From the NCBI GenBank assembly GCA_951406725.2, contig OX597831.1, forward strand, positions 63,550,001 to 63,614,000: 64,000 nucleotides of DNA. Reading direction: 5' to 3'. Position numbers and translations under genes: made by a program. This document shows positions 25,256 to 40,911 of the stretch, in pieces. The notes beneath the pieces are model-generated. The model was not told where the DNA came from. It saw only the letters and a list, made by a program, of their open reading frames with translations, and ran no database searches. The stretch is from Octopus vulgaris. Taxonomy: Eukaryota. Within the stretch, counting starts at the first letter, position 1. Every line of letters starts with the position of its first letter.

Positions 25256-28149
25256 ATAGATACACCTGTGCGTGAGCGTGTGTGTGTTTGTATGTGTGTA
25301 TGTTTGTGTGTGTGTGTGTGTGTGTGTGTCTGTCTGTCTGTCTGTGTGTGTGTGTGTGTAAAGTTTACTGTAAATATATATGTTTATTCTGTCTGTGAAA
25401 AGTGAACAATGTGATTAAACCACAAGTATGTGTCTGTCTCTTTGTTGCAAGAAGTGAGATTGATTCTACTTAAACGACGTTCATCAGGGCAAGAATACCT
25501 CTCAATTGTCCACGAAGAGATTAGTCGCTTATAATAACATATATTGCACACAATACAACTAAAGTGGTCTGTTTAATTTTTATCATAGTTCATGTACAGG
25601 GAATGCGGCTAAGTATAGTGCTTTCGTTTAAAATTTTAAACCTTTTTTTTTTTTCGTAAACATAGTTTTAGACTCGTTTCGAAAAGTTTAAAAAGCTAAG
25701 TGATTACACCATACATGTTTGTACTTCTTCTAAAAGTATCAACGTTTCTTATAATTCCGTGTAATGGTTAATTAATTATCTGCTGTTTCAGCGGATGCAC
25801 TGTTATGGGGATTTGATTGCCCAGTTGAGCAGCGCCTGAGTATTTGTGCACTGCAAAAGGCTGGAAGTCACTGATTTAATAGAAGTCAAAATAAATTAGA
25901 AAATAACGAGATAGATCCGATTTATTTCCCCCGCGAGAAGAAATACTTGCAGAGTTTAACCACATTGTTTACTTTCACAGAGAGGAGTAAAACTATATAT
26001 TTATCTGAGAGAAACTGAGAAGGAGAGAAGTGGGGAGAGAAAGAACGATTCTGTCCAATTTATAATGGCTATTTGAAAAGGTGTCTGAAATTATTTAAAA
26101 GTTTTTAAGAATATCAATAAGTTTTCTTTAATCAATATCTTTGTCACTTAACTCTTGATTCTTAACACGTTTCATATCTTAAATAACCCTGAAATGTAGA
26201 TGTTCTTCCTGGCTACGAACTGTCAAAACATTTGTTTTATTCACACGATAGGGCCGAACTAAAAGATACATTAGAACGGCAGCTGCTTTCTGGTTGCCTA
26301 CCAGCTGTTGTGAATACAATAAGTCAGTTCAGAAATGACAGATTCTGGAAAGTTCCCATTTTGATTAATGCTTTTACCGGGCTCTGGTATTCTATCTAAC
26401 GTAAACAGATGTTAGGTGTTTATCCTTGCATTCCTTGAGACTCTATCTAATCTATTCGTCACAGAGGGCGGTGTTACAAGAAAGTAGTAGATGAAAGGTT
26501 ATCTCTTTTATTACTTTCAACCTCATCTTCCTTCATAACACTACTTTCATCCTGTGACATCACGGCTTAACCTCTTTTCCATTGAGATTCTTTCACTTCG
26601 CATCTATTTATTTTACTTTTCATTTCCTTATATTGTATATTTCCATTACACCTATATATTATTTTTAAATTTATCATATTTATGTGCGTTTAATGTGAAA
26701 AATGTTGGAACAGAATTAAAGATCAAAGTAGAGCGGTCGTAGCATACATGAGGTTAATATTTACAAAATTCTATTCAGCTATCATTGCCAATCTTCCAAT
26801 TCCACAAGTATTAGAGTGTACAAGATCGGTGATGTTCATACTCAAAGAACATGTGGCATGAAAATATTATTAACTTAGAACCCATCAAGTTGGTGGTAGC
26901 GGTCGTCGTCATATCATACACATAGTAAAATGTTCAGCTCCTTTTTAGCATTTAAATTTGATGTGCCATTACATTTAACACTTTAACATCGTATAGGGTA
27001 TACATTTTTATCATATATTTTGCTTTATTTATGGATTTTATTTCGGGAGAAGTAAATAAGCTATATAGAGTAACGCTTTTAGTAAATGCAGAATTGGCAG
27101 ATATCTATGTATACTAGATAATCAAAAATATTGATATATTACACTAGCCCAGCACAAGGGCTCAGATTTGTAAGGAAGGAGTATAGTCGGCTGATTCGAC
27201 TGAACTTCATGACTGATAATTTATGAACTCTTTAAGGCAAAGTCAGTTCTGTTAAAATTTAAACTCGACAAATAACAGTTGGTATTTAGTGAAGAGCTTT
27301 TCCAGTTCCCCTACAAGAGAAGAAACGGTGAGTAATGGCAGAAGATAAAATATAATTGCTTGACTCGACTCCAGTAGCTTATTGTAATTATTTTATCGCT
27401 GTTGAGAGATGATGGCAAATTCAGCTGTATAGGATTCGAATGCTGAGCGATGAAGTTTAAATGCTCCAATGTTTTTAGACAAGAATACTTCATTGCCTTT
27501 CAAATCAGTTCAGTTAGTTAGTCTAGTGTATTAGTATGTGGTTGTTGATAGTTTCTTTTTGCTTTTCCCCTCCCTAATATATTGGGTCACGTCTCTGATC
27601 TCAATTCTTTTCCCAAGACAAGAGATATCGAAAGTAAAATCTTTTTTCCTTCAACATGCCAATAAAAATCTCAATGGAAAAAAAATCTCCAATAACCAAT
27701 CAATGTATTGCATTTGGTATTACTTCAGATCTTTTTCCGCTGGACTTACTTCTTTCAGCCGTTTATTCCATATCCGAACACAAACAAATTGGTAACTCGA
27801 TTTTATCTGAATACCTATAGCTCTGAACAATTGGAAATGTCATTAGTTGAATATTTCTTCCACCATCTTAATTATTTCTCTCTCTCTTCGACACGAAATA
27901 TATAACCATTATTTCTGTGAACCCACATTTCGCTTGTATAATTAATTCTATCGTTTTCTTCTCCAATGATTAGATTTATTTATCACTGGCAAAGTCGCCA
28001 TTTTTAAATACAATTTCCTTTCTTATCTCATCTCAATCCTTCGAGAATCATTACGTATATTTATGAATATATTCTTGTATATGGTTTCCATTTTAGGCTA
28101 TGCACTTCTTTCGTATTCTAGCTTCATTGAATTAGAATTACACATTAGA

Positions 28150-28814
<665 letters not shown>

Positions 28815-29336
28815 GTCCTGCACGTGTTTTGTGCGTATATGCGCGGGCGTGTGTATTTGGAGGCGGCTAGCAATTTCTCAGACATTTATTAACTAAGGAA
28901 TTTCTGGAGTAATCACGCCATTGATTCCGCATCCCACGAAATATGTGCGCTATGTACTCTAAATATGGCATCCAGCTAGTTGCTCAGAAAATATAATTTC
29001 ACAGTCACACTCTTTGTGTATTGTTTAACAAAAAGCGCTTTTTCACTCTTTTATTTCACAAAATTATGTTTAATAAATAGTTGATAGCCTCGGTATCAAA
29101 ATAGTGTAACAATTACTTATAGAATAGAGCTGAGACTACCGCCCCCAGTTTTGTCTCCTTATTGTGAGTATTTTCAATTCAGACATTTTGTTAGTAATTT
29201 TAGGGAAAGCATGAAAGGGCCGATACTTAATTTCATCATCCTCTAAAACTTGGTACATCAAAAATCATTCACTGGCGATAGATTAGACTGCTGGCTCCAC
29301 TGTCGTATAGTTTATATACGTATGGTACTATTTTAT

Positions 29337-29655
29337 GTGGAGGCGCAATGGCCCTGTGGTTAGGGCAGCGGATTCGTGGTTGTAGGATCGCGGTTTCGAT
29401 TCCTAGACCAGGCGCTGTGAGTGTTTTTTATTGAGTGTTTTTTATTGAGCGAAAACACCTAAAGCTCCACGAGGCTCCGGCAGGGGGTCGTGGCGATCCC
29501 TGCTGTACTCTTTCGCCACAACTTTCTCTCACGCTTTCTTCTGTTGGCCTGCTCGCTTAGCCAGCGGGGTGGAGTCATTTGAAGGCTAAAACAATGCGAA
29601 GCGCATTGTGACCAGCGATGTGTAGCAACATCTGATAGACTGGTCGGTGACGGTG
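29337..29655 (+). mobile_element. full-length SINE, shared head/core with tail type C and (GGTGAC)n end
   Basis: Same tRNA head and core; tail TCTGTTGGCCTGCTCGCTTAG...; probable 10-bp TSD ACTATTTTAT/ACTATATTAT. Confidence 0.9.
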
Positions 29656-30078
29656 ACTATATTATATTGCACTTTAGATATTTGTGAGAAATAGATGCAA
29701 GTTATAAGGAATAACAAACCTCTGAACGAGGTATAAACAGTAACTGCACGACAATGTGTGGTATACTTGCCATCCCAATATGGCTAACCACTAAGGGTGG
29801 GTGTTCTCTGGGAAAGTTATCTTCCATGGGCAAGCATCTTCTTTATCGAGTGGCTCAGCTCTCATCTGATTATGGTAACGAAAACACAAAGGAAAGTGGC
29901 TGATATATGAATATCCGTAGTTCATAAAAGCAGAAACTGTTAATACATTTTGGGACGTGTATTTATATACGGAAATATTGTGGTATATTTTAGAAATTAA
30001 AGATTTAGCCACGCTCAGTCTTGGCGTGGTTTGACGATGTGTCAGTTATTGAAATTTCATTAATATAGAATGAGCTAA

Positions 30079-30461
30079 AGTGACGAGCTGGCAGAATCTT
30101 TAGCGCGCCAAGCAAAATGCTTAGCGGCTTTTTGCCTGCCTTTACGTTCTGAGTTCAAATTCCTCCGAGGCCGACTTTACCTTTCAGTCTTTTGAGGTCG
30201 ATAAAATAAGTACCAGTTGGATGGATGAATGCGCATCCAGGCTTAGAGGTTACGTAGGAAGTCGGGGACAAGAAACAGGAAAAAAGAGTGAGAGAAAGTT
30301 GGGGCGAAAGAGTACAACAGGGGTCGCCACCACCACCTGCCGGAGCCTCGTGGAGCTTTAGGTGTTTTCGCTCAATAAACACACACAACGCTCGGTCTGG
30401 GAATCGAAACCGCGATCCTCCGACCGCGAGTCTGCTGTCCTAACCACTGGGCCATTGCGCC
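30079..30461. mobile_element. junction of a third-family SINE 5' part (+, 30079-30218) with a 3'-truncated tail-B SINE (-, 30219-30461)
   Basis: Abrupt switch at AAGTACCAGTT|GGATGGATGAATGCG. Confidence 0.8.
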
Positions 30462-31089
30462 TGCTGCTGCTGCTGCAGCTGGCGTAGTCTGTATCACCAT
30501 TCTTTTTCTTCTTCTTTAGTCCTAGATTGTCCTTAATCAAGCAGACCTAATGCATTTTGGGACTGAGCATATATATCTACGTCTATACTATCTAATGTAT
30601 ATCGCCCATCCTGTTTCTTTTTAAAACAATAGAATGTGAATTGAAGGAAAATATGCTGCTATTTCTAGGAAACCAGACGAGCACGTAGAGGCCCTCTTAT
30701 GTATTCAAATGAAAATATGCGAAATGACCAGGCGGATTTCTGTTGGAGATATAATCACAAATGAAGATGCCAATGTTTTATACTTGCAAACTGCTCGAAG
30801 CTGATATCTATTGAGGAGGACTAAAGAAAGATTCAATTATTTGGTACGTGAGTGTGGTAGGGAAGGGCGAGGGCAACGTTCGTTAAAATTGGATTCTTAT
30901 CTCAAAAGTACCAAAGTGATTTAGCATCATACAGAGAACATTGTATCAAGCGTTGTACTGTGTTGCTACTAACAATTGACTCTCAGATGTAAGAATTTCG
31001 TTTCACTCGCACCATTAATGCTCTCGGGTGAAGCATGAAAGTGACACAATCCTCGTTCCTCCATTCCTGTCATCCCTTAGTAATTAAAG

Positions 31090-32645
<1,556 letters not shown>

Positions 32646-32744
32646 TTTTGTTGTTGCCGCCGGCATCATTGTCGTCATTACTGGCCATGACGAAAAGGGT
32701 CCCTTTTTTTCTATTTTTTTAATACTTTACGTAAAGCGATGGAT

Positions 32745-33190
32745 AACAGAATAGTTAAAGCGTCGGACAAAATGCGTTGCAATATTTCTTCCAGCAGTAA
32801 AGTAGGACGGTGAGCTGGCGGAATCGTTAGCACGCCGGACAAAATGCTTAGCGGCATTTCGTCCATCTTTACGTTTTGAGCTCAAGTTCCATCGACGTCT
32901 AATCGACTTTCATCCTTTCATACTTTCGGAGTCGATAAAATAAGTACCAGTTGAACACTGGGATCGTTGTAATCGACTTATCCTCCCCCTACTCAAAACT
33001 TCTGGCCCCGTACCAAAATTTGAAAGCAATAATTTTTCCAACAGTTTATGTTGAGTTCAAATCCTGCCTTGGCCAATTTTGTCTTTCATCCTTCTAGAGT
33101 TAATAAAATACAGTACCAGTAAAGTACTGGTGTCAATTCACATGGCAAACCACCTTCCATCTCAAATTTGTGGCCGTCTTCTTATAACAA
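32745..33190 (+). mobile_element. nested third-family SINE copies
   Basis: GGTGAGCTGGCGGAATCGTTAGCACGCCGGAC head at about 32808 inside an older copy. Confidence 0.75.
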
Positions 33191-34496
33191 AGGAAAAAAT
33201 TTTACCACGCTCTTACTGAATAAAAATTGTTCTATTTCACAAGTTAGCCTTAATTAAAGAATCAAGTGATGCGTTACCCGTACCGGAAAATTCTTAAGGT
33301 TTTGTTGGGTTTTTTTTAAGATGTTATTTTTCTTGTTCACTGACATATGAAAAGTATTCTATCTAGAAGAACAATAGCAAAAACAACAACAACAAATGGG
33401 AACGCTTCCGGAACAGGAAATGGACTACAAATAAGGAAAAAGAGAAAATGAACACCATTTAATACAAGAAAAACGCATTTAAACAAGCAAAAACAAAACG
33501 TTATTCCTATACTTCTGTGTTGTACCAAAGAAGATAATCCTGAAGAAGACAAATAGAAAATGTGTATATTTATGCTTACGAAAAGACGAAAGCAGATTAA
33601 ATTACGCCTCAGGCTATGAAGTACAGCAGGTCCTCCAGGATGTATCGGATGAAGTTTTCTTAATAGAAAAAGACAAAAGCTATAGCGCAAAGCAATCAAA
33701 ATAAAGGCTGAAATTGTCAGACGTAATTCTGACTCCAGGACCTGGGAAAGAGAAGCACAAGAGTCGCACTAAGAGACAGTGGGACGACGTAGGTGAATAG
33801 CTATGAGTTTTGTATCGTGAGTGATCAAAACAGGATTGACGAAAGGTGGTCTGTGCTCAGGAGCCGTCAAAATGACCGTGCAAGCCTTGATGATGCTCGA
33901 AGGATATAGAGCCATACAGGAAGTATTCTCAGTAAAAGGCACTGCGAGGAAGAGCATGATGACACGGGGGAGAAAGCATAATTGTTATAATTGTCAGAGT
34001 AAAATTACACTTTAGATCCCAATACTTCGGAAGAACTGAAAACGTTAATCAAAAACAACAATACCAGTTTCTACTGGATCTTCAAACAAAACTCGGTGAG
34101 TAACAAAATAAATATCGTTAAACTCAATATCACAAGCAGAACCAACCTTGTAGTACCACACCTTCTACCATGCGATGAAGAAGAAATAATTACCGATGAA
34201 AATGTCCAAATGCTCCTTGAAAATACAAATGGACGCAACGAACATGTTACCACCACCCCACTCTCAAAATCCTTCTCAACATCAAACAGATAAAACATAT
34301 GAAAAGGAACCATTACTTCTAAACGACAACAAAATCCATCTTCAGGAAAATATGGAACGTAGAAAGTGAAAAGGAACTAAGATGAACAAAGATACACCGT
34401 TCTGTGAGAATAAAAGAAACATTTTCATTCATCTATTTTATACTTCTGCTATTCCTGGGAACGTCATAGGGATAAAGACCTCTGGCACCTCTATAG

Positions 34497-34797
34497 GTCA
34501 TCCAACCAAAGTACAAATATATGTGAAACTACCACCTGTATCATCTCTTGTGAAAGGTAGGAGAGTCCAGTTTGCTGGACATTGTTGTAGAGTTGAAAAC
34601 GAGGCAATTTCTACTCTTTTCCTTTGGAAGCCATCTGCTCGCGATACCAGAGGGCGTACACTCTCCTACCCTGGTGTAATCTCCAGGGATACAGGCATCC
34701 AGCAACAGGACCTCCGTAATGCTATGATGGACCGTGAAGTCTGGCGTAACATAGTAAATTCCATTTTCTCGACCACGGTCAAACAATGATTAGGATG
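34497..34797 (+). mobile_element. 5'-truncated RTE-type LINE 3' end
   Basis: Translates ...RRVQFAGHCCR...AMMDREVWRNIVN; 10-bp TSD ACCTCTATAG at 34487-34496 and 34798-34807. Confidence 0.88.
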
Positions 34798-34809
34798 ACC
34801 TCTATAGAG

Positions 34810-35850
34810 TCTTATCAGAAGTAATCGACATTACCCAAGCGCGACCAACTGGATCTATGGATATTATTAGGGCATTCATTCAAAGTCTACCTGCTAGTTC
34901 TCCTACTGGAGAGAAGTAACGGCTTGACTTGAAGAGAGTCACTGATCTTCGAGTTATGTACATTCTCGAGTAACGTTATTCCAGGGATCCTTCAAAGGAA
35001 TTTTATTTCGGCCACTTTTATGACCGTACGCTTTCGATCATTACCTAACATTCATGACCATAAGTGAGGACAGGCACGAAAACCTCTTCTCTTCTAAGGA
35101 TCGAATGATGGAGCTGGTGCATTATTGTGTCAACACCTGCACTTCTGGCATCCCATTCAGCCTCCTACTTCCCATCACCCTGAGATACGTAAACTTCTCC
35201 ACTTGTCTCAGTGATGTTCTACTAACATACAGAGTGCACTGGCACTTGCCTCCTTATGAGGGCTCAAAATCTCTCGTGGAAGCGTCATCCAACCAAAGTA
35301 CAAATATATGGGAAACTGCTACCTGTATCATCTCTTGTGAAAGATAGGAGAGTCCAGTTTGCTGGACATTGTTGTAGAGCTGAAAACTAGGCAATTTCTA
35401 CTCTTCTCCTCTGGAAGCCATCTACTCGCGATAACAGAGGGCGCGCACTCTCCTACTCTGATGTAACCTCCACGGACACAGGACCTCCGTAATGCTATGA
35501 TGGACCGTGAAGTCTGGCGTAGCATAGTAAATTCCATTGTCTCGATTACGGTCGAACAATGATGATGATGCACTGGCAAAACCTTCTTGAGTAGACCAAT
35601 GTTTGTGTTTGCAACACTAATTCTCATCTCTGCCTAGCAGAATTCTGCAGCGAAGCCATTTAGTGGATACTTGGTGATCACTTTTTCATAGGTCAAATGA
35701 CATCATAGTGTCTGCAAATATCAGTCGACTGATATCATACCCAGTGTGATAGTACTGCAACAACGGCTACACATGTCAATCCAAATCGTAAAAATCGGGA
35801 AAAGGAGTGGTGACAATAAACATTCCTACTCAACTCATAATGACACTAAA
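34810..35850 (-). pseudogene. old degenerate LINE reverse transcriptase fragment, interrupted by the 35245 insertion
   Basis: Minus-strand motifs in correct order: CLLSPLLF (QGxxLSPxLF), LIFADT (FADD), QVEKFTYL (VxxFxYLG). Confidence 0.7.
35245..35568 (+). mobile_element. second 5'-truncated copy of the same RTE-type LINE
   Basis: AQNLSWKRHPTKVQIYGK...FAGHCCR...AMMDREVWRSIVN, (TGA)n tail; 10-bp TSD TGCACTGGCA at 35235-35244 and 35569-35578. Confidence 0.88.
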
Positions 35851-36329
35851 GAATATAAACAACATGCAAAGTAAAGAGCACTAGTAAAATTAAAATTATG
35901 ACATTATATCGAACTTAAAAAACAGTACTTTTCAAACTGTTGGTGTAAATTAAGGATGTATAGCTCACATCAATGTTCCAAGTGATGCAACCATTAAAGG
36001 AGTTCTTCCTTATTTTGCCTTCTATTATAATTCCAATTCACATCAAGAAATATAAAGACTCCAGTTCTTGATGGGTATTTTATTTTATTGACACTGGAAT
36101 GGTGAAAGTTAAAGTTGATAGGATTTGAACTGTAACTAAATCGTGCCAAGTTATTTCTTGACATTCTATAACGATTACATCAGTCTGAATTGACACGCTT
36201 CTATCAAATGTATATAATTAAATAATATAATTTTCATCTTGACATCACATGCTCTATTGTTCATATTCTTGAAGTTGATACTCTTGTATTTATTTAAAGC
36301 GACAGAATTAGACGTAAAGAATCCGAGAG

Positions 36330-36367
<38 letters not shown>

Positions 36368-37098
36368 AGAGAAATATTACTCTTAGCAGTGTTTAGTTAT
36401 TTAGTTATCAAGTTAGTTAATTAGCTAGCTAGTTAGCTACTTAGTTTAATTTATAATGCGTATTGTCAACAAGAATGTTGTTGCTTACATATTTGCAGCG
36501 AGCCAATTCCTAGTTCTCTGCATTAACGTCAGCGAATGTGACTAGGTTTGTCTGAGTTATTCGGAATGCAAAGATATCACAAGGGAATTCTCCTAGAAAG
36601 AACAAGGATATCGGTTTCCTCGTCGATGTTAATATTTTTTGCCGTAATACAACACTGAAAGATATGCACAAGCACGTGCACACACACACACACTCACACA
36701 CACACACACACACACACACATACAGATGCTCGCACTCACACACCTCCATATATACATGCATATATACATACATACATACATACATACATACATACATACA
36801 TACATGCATATATACATACATACATACATACATACAGACAGACAGACAGACAGACATACAAACATACATACATACACACATACATACACAAACACATACA
36901 TACATACATACATACACACACATACATACATACATACATACATACACACACACATACATACATACACACATACATACATACACACATATACATACATACA
37001 TACACACACATACATACATGCATACATACATACATGCATACATACATACATACATACATACATACATACATACATACATACATACATACATACATACA

Positions 37099-37660
37099 TG
37101 GTGGCTGCCCCCATCGTTATCCAGTATGGCCATTGCACGAAGCTTAATCAATGTTGTTATCGTGCAATGCCTGTGCAAGAATATTTTTTTTTAAGTGAGG
37201 AAAGGCTGTGCACTGAGTCAATCCCACTCACTAAGCAACAGCAGCCATAATCTGAAAGGAAGAACACGTCAACATCATCGGTAACCACTGAGCCGCAGGT
37301 TTTATGTCGGAGTTATCCCAGTTACCTGAGTTGCCTTCTCCTAGAAGGATGCCCTAACAAAGGCTAGGAGTCCTTCACTCCCAATGGTTTAATCGCGCGA
37401 TCGACTATTCAGTCCGATTATTTCTATGTCCCCGCGCATGATGCAGCCTTAAGACATTTATTGGATGGCTGTTGACTCTCAAGAGTTCCTCCGCCCTTTG
37501 ACGGGTTTTGCTTTTCATCCCGCAGGGTGTCCAATAAACACCCTCCTCACCAAGCAAGCTTGGTGGGGTTGCTGGTTTAGTCGTCGACGACCAGACCATG
37601 CAACAGGTTGTACTGGGTTACATGTTACCAGTAGCACTCGAAAGTGACCTGACTGACTGA
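37099..37660. mobile_element. non-coding retroelement-derived segment inserted in (CATA)n; partial homolog at about 45994-46105
   Basis: Flanked by CATA repeats and ends in (CTGA)n. The minus strand contains GGGCATCCTTCTAGGAGAAGGCAACTC, resembling RTE 5'UTR motifs. Orientation unresolved. Confidence 0.55.
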
Positions 37661-38153
37661 CATACATACATATAAAACTATAAATATTTAGCTATGTGTG
37701 TCATGAGTAACATTGCTAGCCAACATTGCTAGCAAGGAGCTGGAGCCGTAAAATGAAAGCAAAAGTAAATATTCAGTGCCAGGCTGGGGTCACAAATTCT
37801 GTTTCTTCGAAAAATTATCTCGCAGATTCTCGTTGTCATCAAATGCAACACGATTCACGTGACATAAAGAACAGTTAAGGGAAACTAAGACTGCAGTTAG
37901 GGGACTCAAAATCCAACCCCTTATATTCCAAACTACACTAGCTGAAACAAGAACTAATAGCGACATCTGAGAAATTGAAATATAAATCTACAGATTATAA
38001 ACAAAAAGCTTTGAATAGATACTGTTTATACTTCGCTCAGAGATTTATTACTGTTTGTTTACACTTTTTCGATATCAGTGACTTTTCGTCACTGGAAAAG
38101 GGATATAATATATTTATGAAGGGAACTCACTTTTTATCGGCAATCGGTGATTG

Positions 38154-38200
38154 TCACACGCCGATGACGGGTCAATACCCAGAAACTCGAGTCCGTGTGA
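38154..38200 (+). ncRNA. type I hammerhead motif (CCGATGA variant)
   Basis: Perfect 7-bp stem I TCACACG/CGTGTGA, CCGATGA-C-GGGT-CAAT-ACCC-A-GAAA, palindromic stem III ACTCGAGT, GUC site. Confidence 0.7.
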
Positions 38201-38479
38201 TTCATACAGGTTGAAAAGGAAAAGGAAGGCTTCCCTTTGCAAATACTGATAGGGCACAGAAAGTGTGTCAATAGCCAGCTGGAGGAGGTGTCCTCCTGGG
38301 GGTACAAGCTACAGTAGCATCCACCCTTAGGGGTTAGCCACATTTAAGTGGCAAATATACTTCACGATGTCGTGCAGCTACTGTTTATACTCGCTCAGAG
38401 AGTTATTATTGTTTCAATAAATTGTTTGCCACAAAAAAGATAATGCGTGTGTACTTGGCATGTAAGACACAAACCATAG

Positions 38480-39180
38480 AAATAACTGATCATATCTAAA
38501 GTTTGGCATGGAGCGCAGACAAGTTTATGACATCCCACTTCGAAGACTACTTCCATGCAATTCAAAAACAGGATATCCCCACCAAGAACCTGCAGCATAA
38601 AAGGCAGAAAACATAGATAACTAATATAGACTGTGAAATATAGACATCAACGACATTGTTACCAAATGCGAAATAATGTCTTCCCATGGGACATGATGCG
38701 TTGACCAGAACAGAACAGTCTGGAACAGGATGACAAAAAAGAAAACACCAATTGGCGAAGCTGGCTAAACTGAGACCGAGGAATTAAAATAATTTTGCTG
38801 AAACTTAAAAATGAAAAGAGCCACCAAGTTAAAACAACCAACCAGATATTGTTGTGTGGGACCACAAGAAAAAAAGATATGTTATGTTGTGGAAATCAGC
38901 TGCCCTATGGACACGAATGTGATTAGAAAAATACAGGAGAAAGGATACATTTATGGATCACTGATAAGGGGTTTGCAAATCCAGTACGAATAATATACTT
39001 TAAGCTTCATACCTATTATTATTAAAGCAACAGGATATGTACAAGCCCGTCTGGAGCAAAGTATGTTTGAACTTGGGTTCATGGTGACAGAACGCGACTC
39101 CTTTAATTCATGCACTACAAACGATTACGATATCTGGGACTATAAAAATCTGCAAGACATTCTTAAGATTTAAAGGACGA
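38480..39180 (+). pseudogene. degenerate RLE-type non-LTR retrotransposon C-terminal region (R4/Dong-like)
   Basis: Frameshifted motifs FHAIQKQDIPTK, LPMGHDAL, NNQPDIVVWD, ICYVVEISCPMDTN...EKGYIYGSL, FIPIII, GTIKICKTFL match a restriction-like endonuclease domain. Confidence 0.8.
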
Positions 39181-39380
39181 TGAACAAAGCACCATGCTTT
39201 ACTTCAAAACATTGCTACCAAGTAAAGCAGGTGGCTGCCCAAAATTATTAACTCAAAACTCAAAAAGAGAAAGAGAACTTACATATACATAAATACAAAT
39301 GTACATATATGTATGTGCATGTGTGTGCACGTGCCTTTGTATATGTATGTGTGTGAACATATATCTATATATATATATAT

Positions 39381-39602
39381 ATTTATTGAGCGAAAACACC
39401 TAAAGCTCCACGAGGGTCCGGCAGGGGGTGGTGGCGATCCCTGCTGTACTCTTTCGCCACAACTTTCTCTCACTCTTTCTTCTGTTGGCCTGCTCGCTTA
39501 GTCAGCGGGGTGGCGTCATTTGAAGGCTAAAACAATGCGAAGCGCATTGTGGCCAGCGATGTGTAGCAACATCTGATAGCCTGGTCGGTCACGGTGACGG
39601 TG

Positions 39603-39603
<1 letters not shown>
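39381..39603 (+). mobile_element. 5'-truncated tail-C SINE inserted in (TA)n
   Basis: Near-identical to 29440-29655; ends CACGGTGACGGTGA. Confidence 0.88.
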
Positions 39604-39664
<61 letters not shown>

Positions 39665-40485
39665 TCTGTCTTTCAAATTCCATTCATAAGTTATTGGTCA
39701 GCTCGAAATGGTTATAGTAGAAGACTTGTGCACGGTGGAATTGAACTCGGAACCATATAGTTGTGGGACAATCTCCTTACACACTGATCAATTATCTCAG
39801 TCAGGTTTGACATAATATGTACCAGTAATATATTGATCGATTCAATCAACTCTGTCTCTCTGCTACAAAATTTCTTCTCACGTTTACTTTAAAGAAGATC
39901 GATATTTTCTTTATGTTTTCTTTCGAGTGTGATTTGTTGAGATATCTTCGAAATTCCATTCCTCTGTGGTTCACTATAACCAGTTAAAATATTTGGTAAA
40001 CACATTTAAGTAAATACCCGGAATAACCTACTGTCTCCTCCTTTGTCTTAGTTCTTCCTGCTTCAGAATTGCACAGTAGATAACAGAATGATTAATCGAT
40101 CACTTAAGCAACTCTCATCCCGACATCACTAAAATCTGCTAATTTAAAGAACACGAAATACAACCATAAACATTAATCATTCAGAAGCAACGTTAAGCTA
40201 ATCCTAATTATTGCTGTCTGCGATTAACAGGAGTCCTCTCTTGGTAATGTTTATCATTTGACTACTTAACGCTAAATAAACGAATGTCTACCGCTCGTCG
40301 ACTTAACGCCATGAAGTTGAATCTCAGCGCATACCCTTTAAGGGGCTCTAGGGTTTAAAAGGTCTTCGCAGAACTATTCATTAACAACGAGCGTGGTCAC
40401 AAATTGAAAGCTATGGTTTATATTTAGCCAAGAGAAACATTGGTAATTTCTCCAACAAGGAGTGATAAACGTTAGCAAAATTATA

Positions 40486-40911
40486 GGATCTTTTCGGTTT
40501 GAACGGCAGTTTTTAACATAATTTCTAGGTTACTAAAACATTTTTAACTTCGTACACTGGTAGAATGTGTTTATATAACATCTTTTTCTCTTGGCTTTAT
40601 TGAGAAAATTCTATGGTTTGTAAGATATTTGTTGTTGTTTTTTCTTCAATTTCTGCAATTTCAACCAATCAGTGACGTCTATTAAGTTAAAAAGCATTCT
40701 GTGCCGTATGAATATTCCCTCGTTTAAGAAACAGATTGGGTTTATTTACATTTGTGAAGAAAAAAAGATACCCTTCCCCCACCCCTGACCCTAACTAACC
40801 CTAACCCTAAAAGAGATTGAAATGCAATAGATCGATTCTAGGGTCATAATTATGGGTGACAATTTCATATGACACCGCTAGAAAAAACTGCCGTTCAAAC
40901 CGAAAATATCC
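40486..40911 (-). mobile_element. third copy of the TTAGGG-containing MITE
   Basis: TIRs plus 8-bp TSD AAATTATA at 40478-40485 and 40912-40919. Confidence 0.93.
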
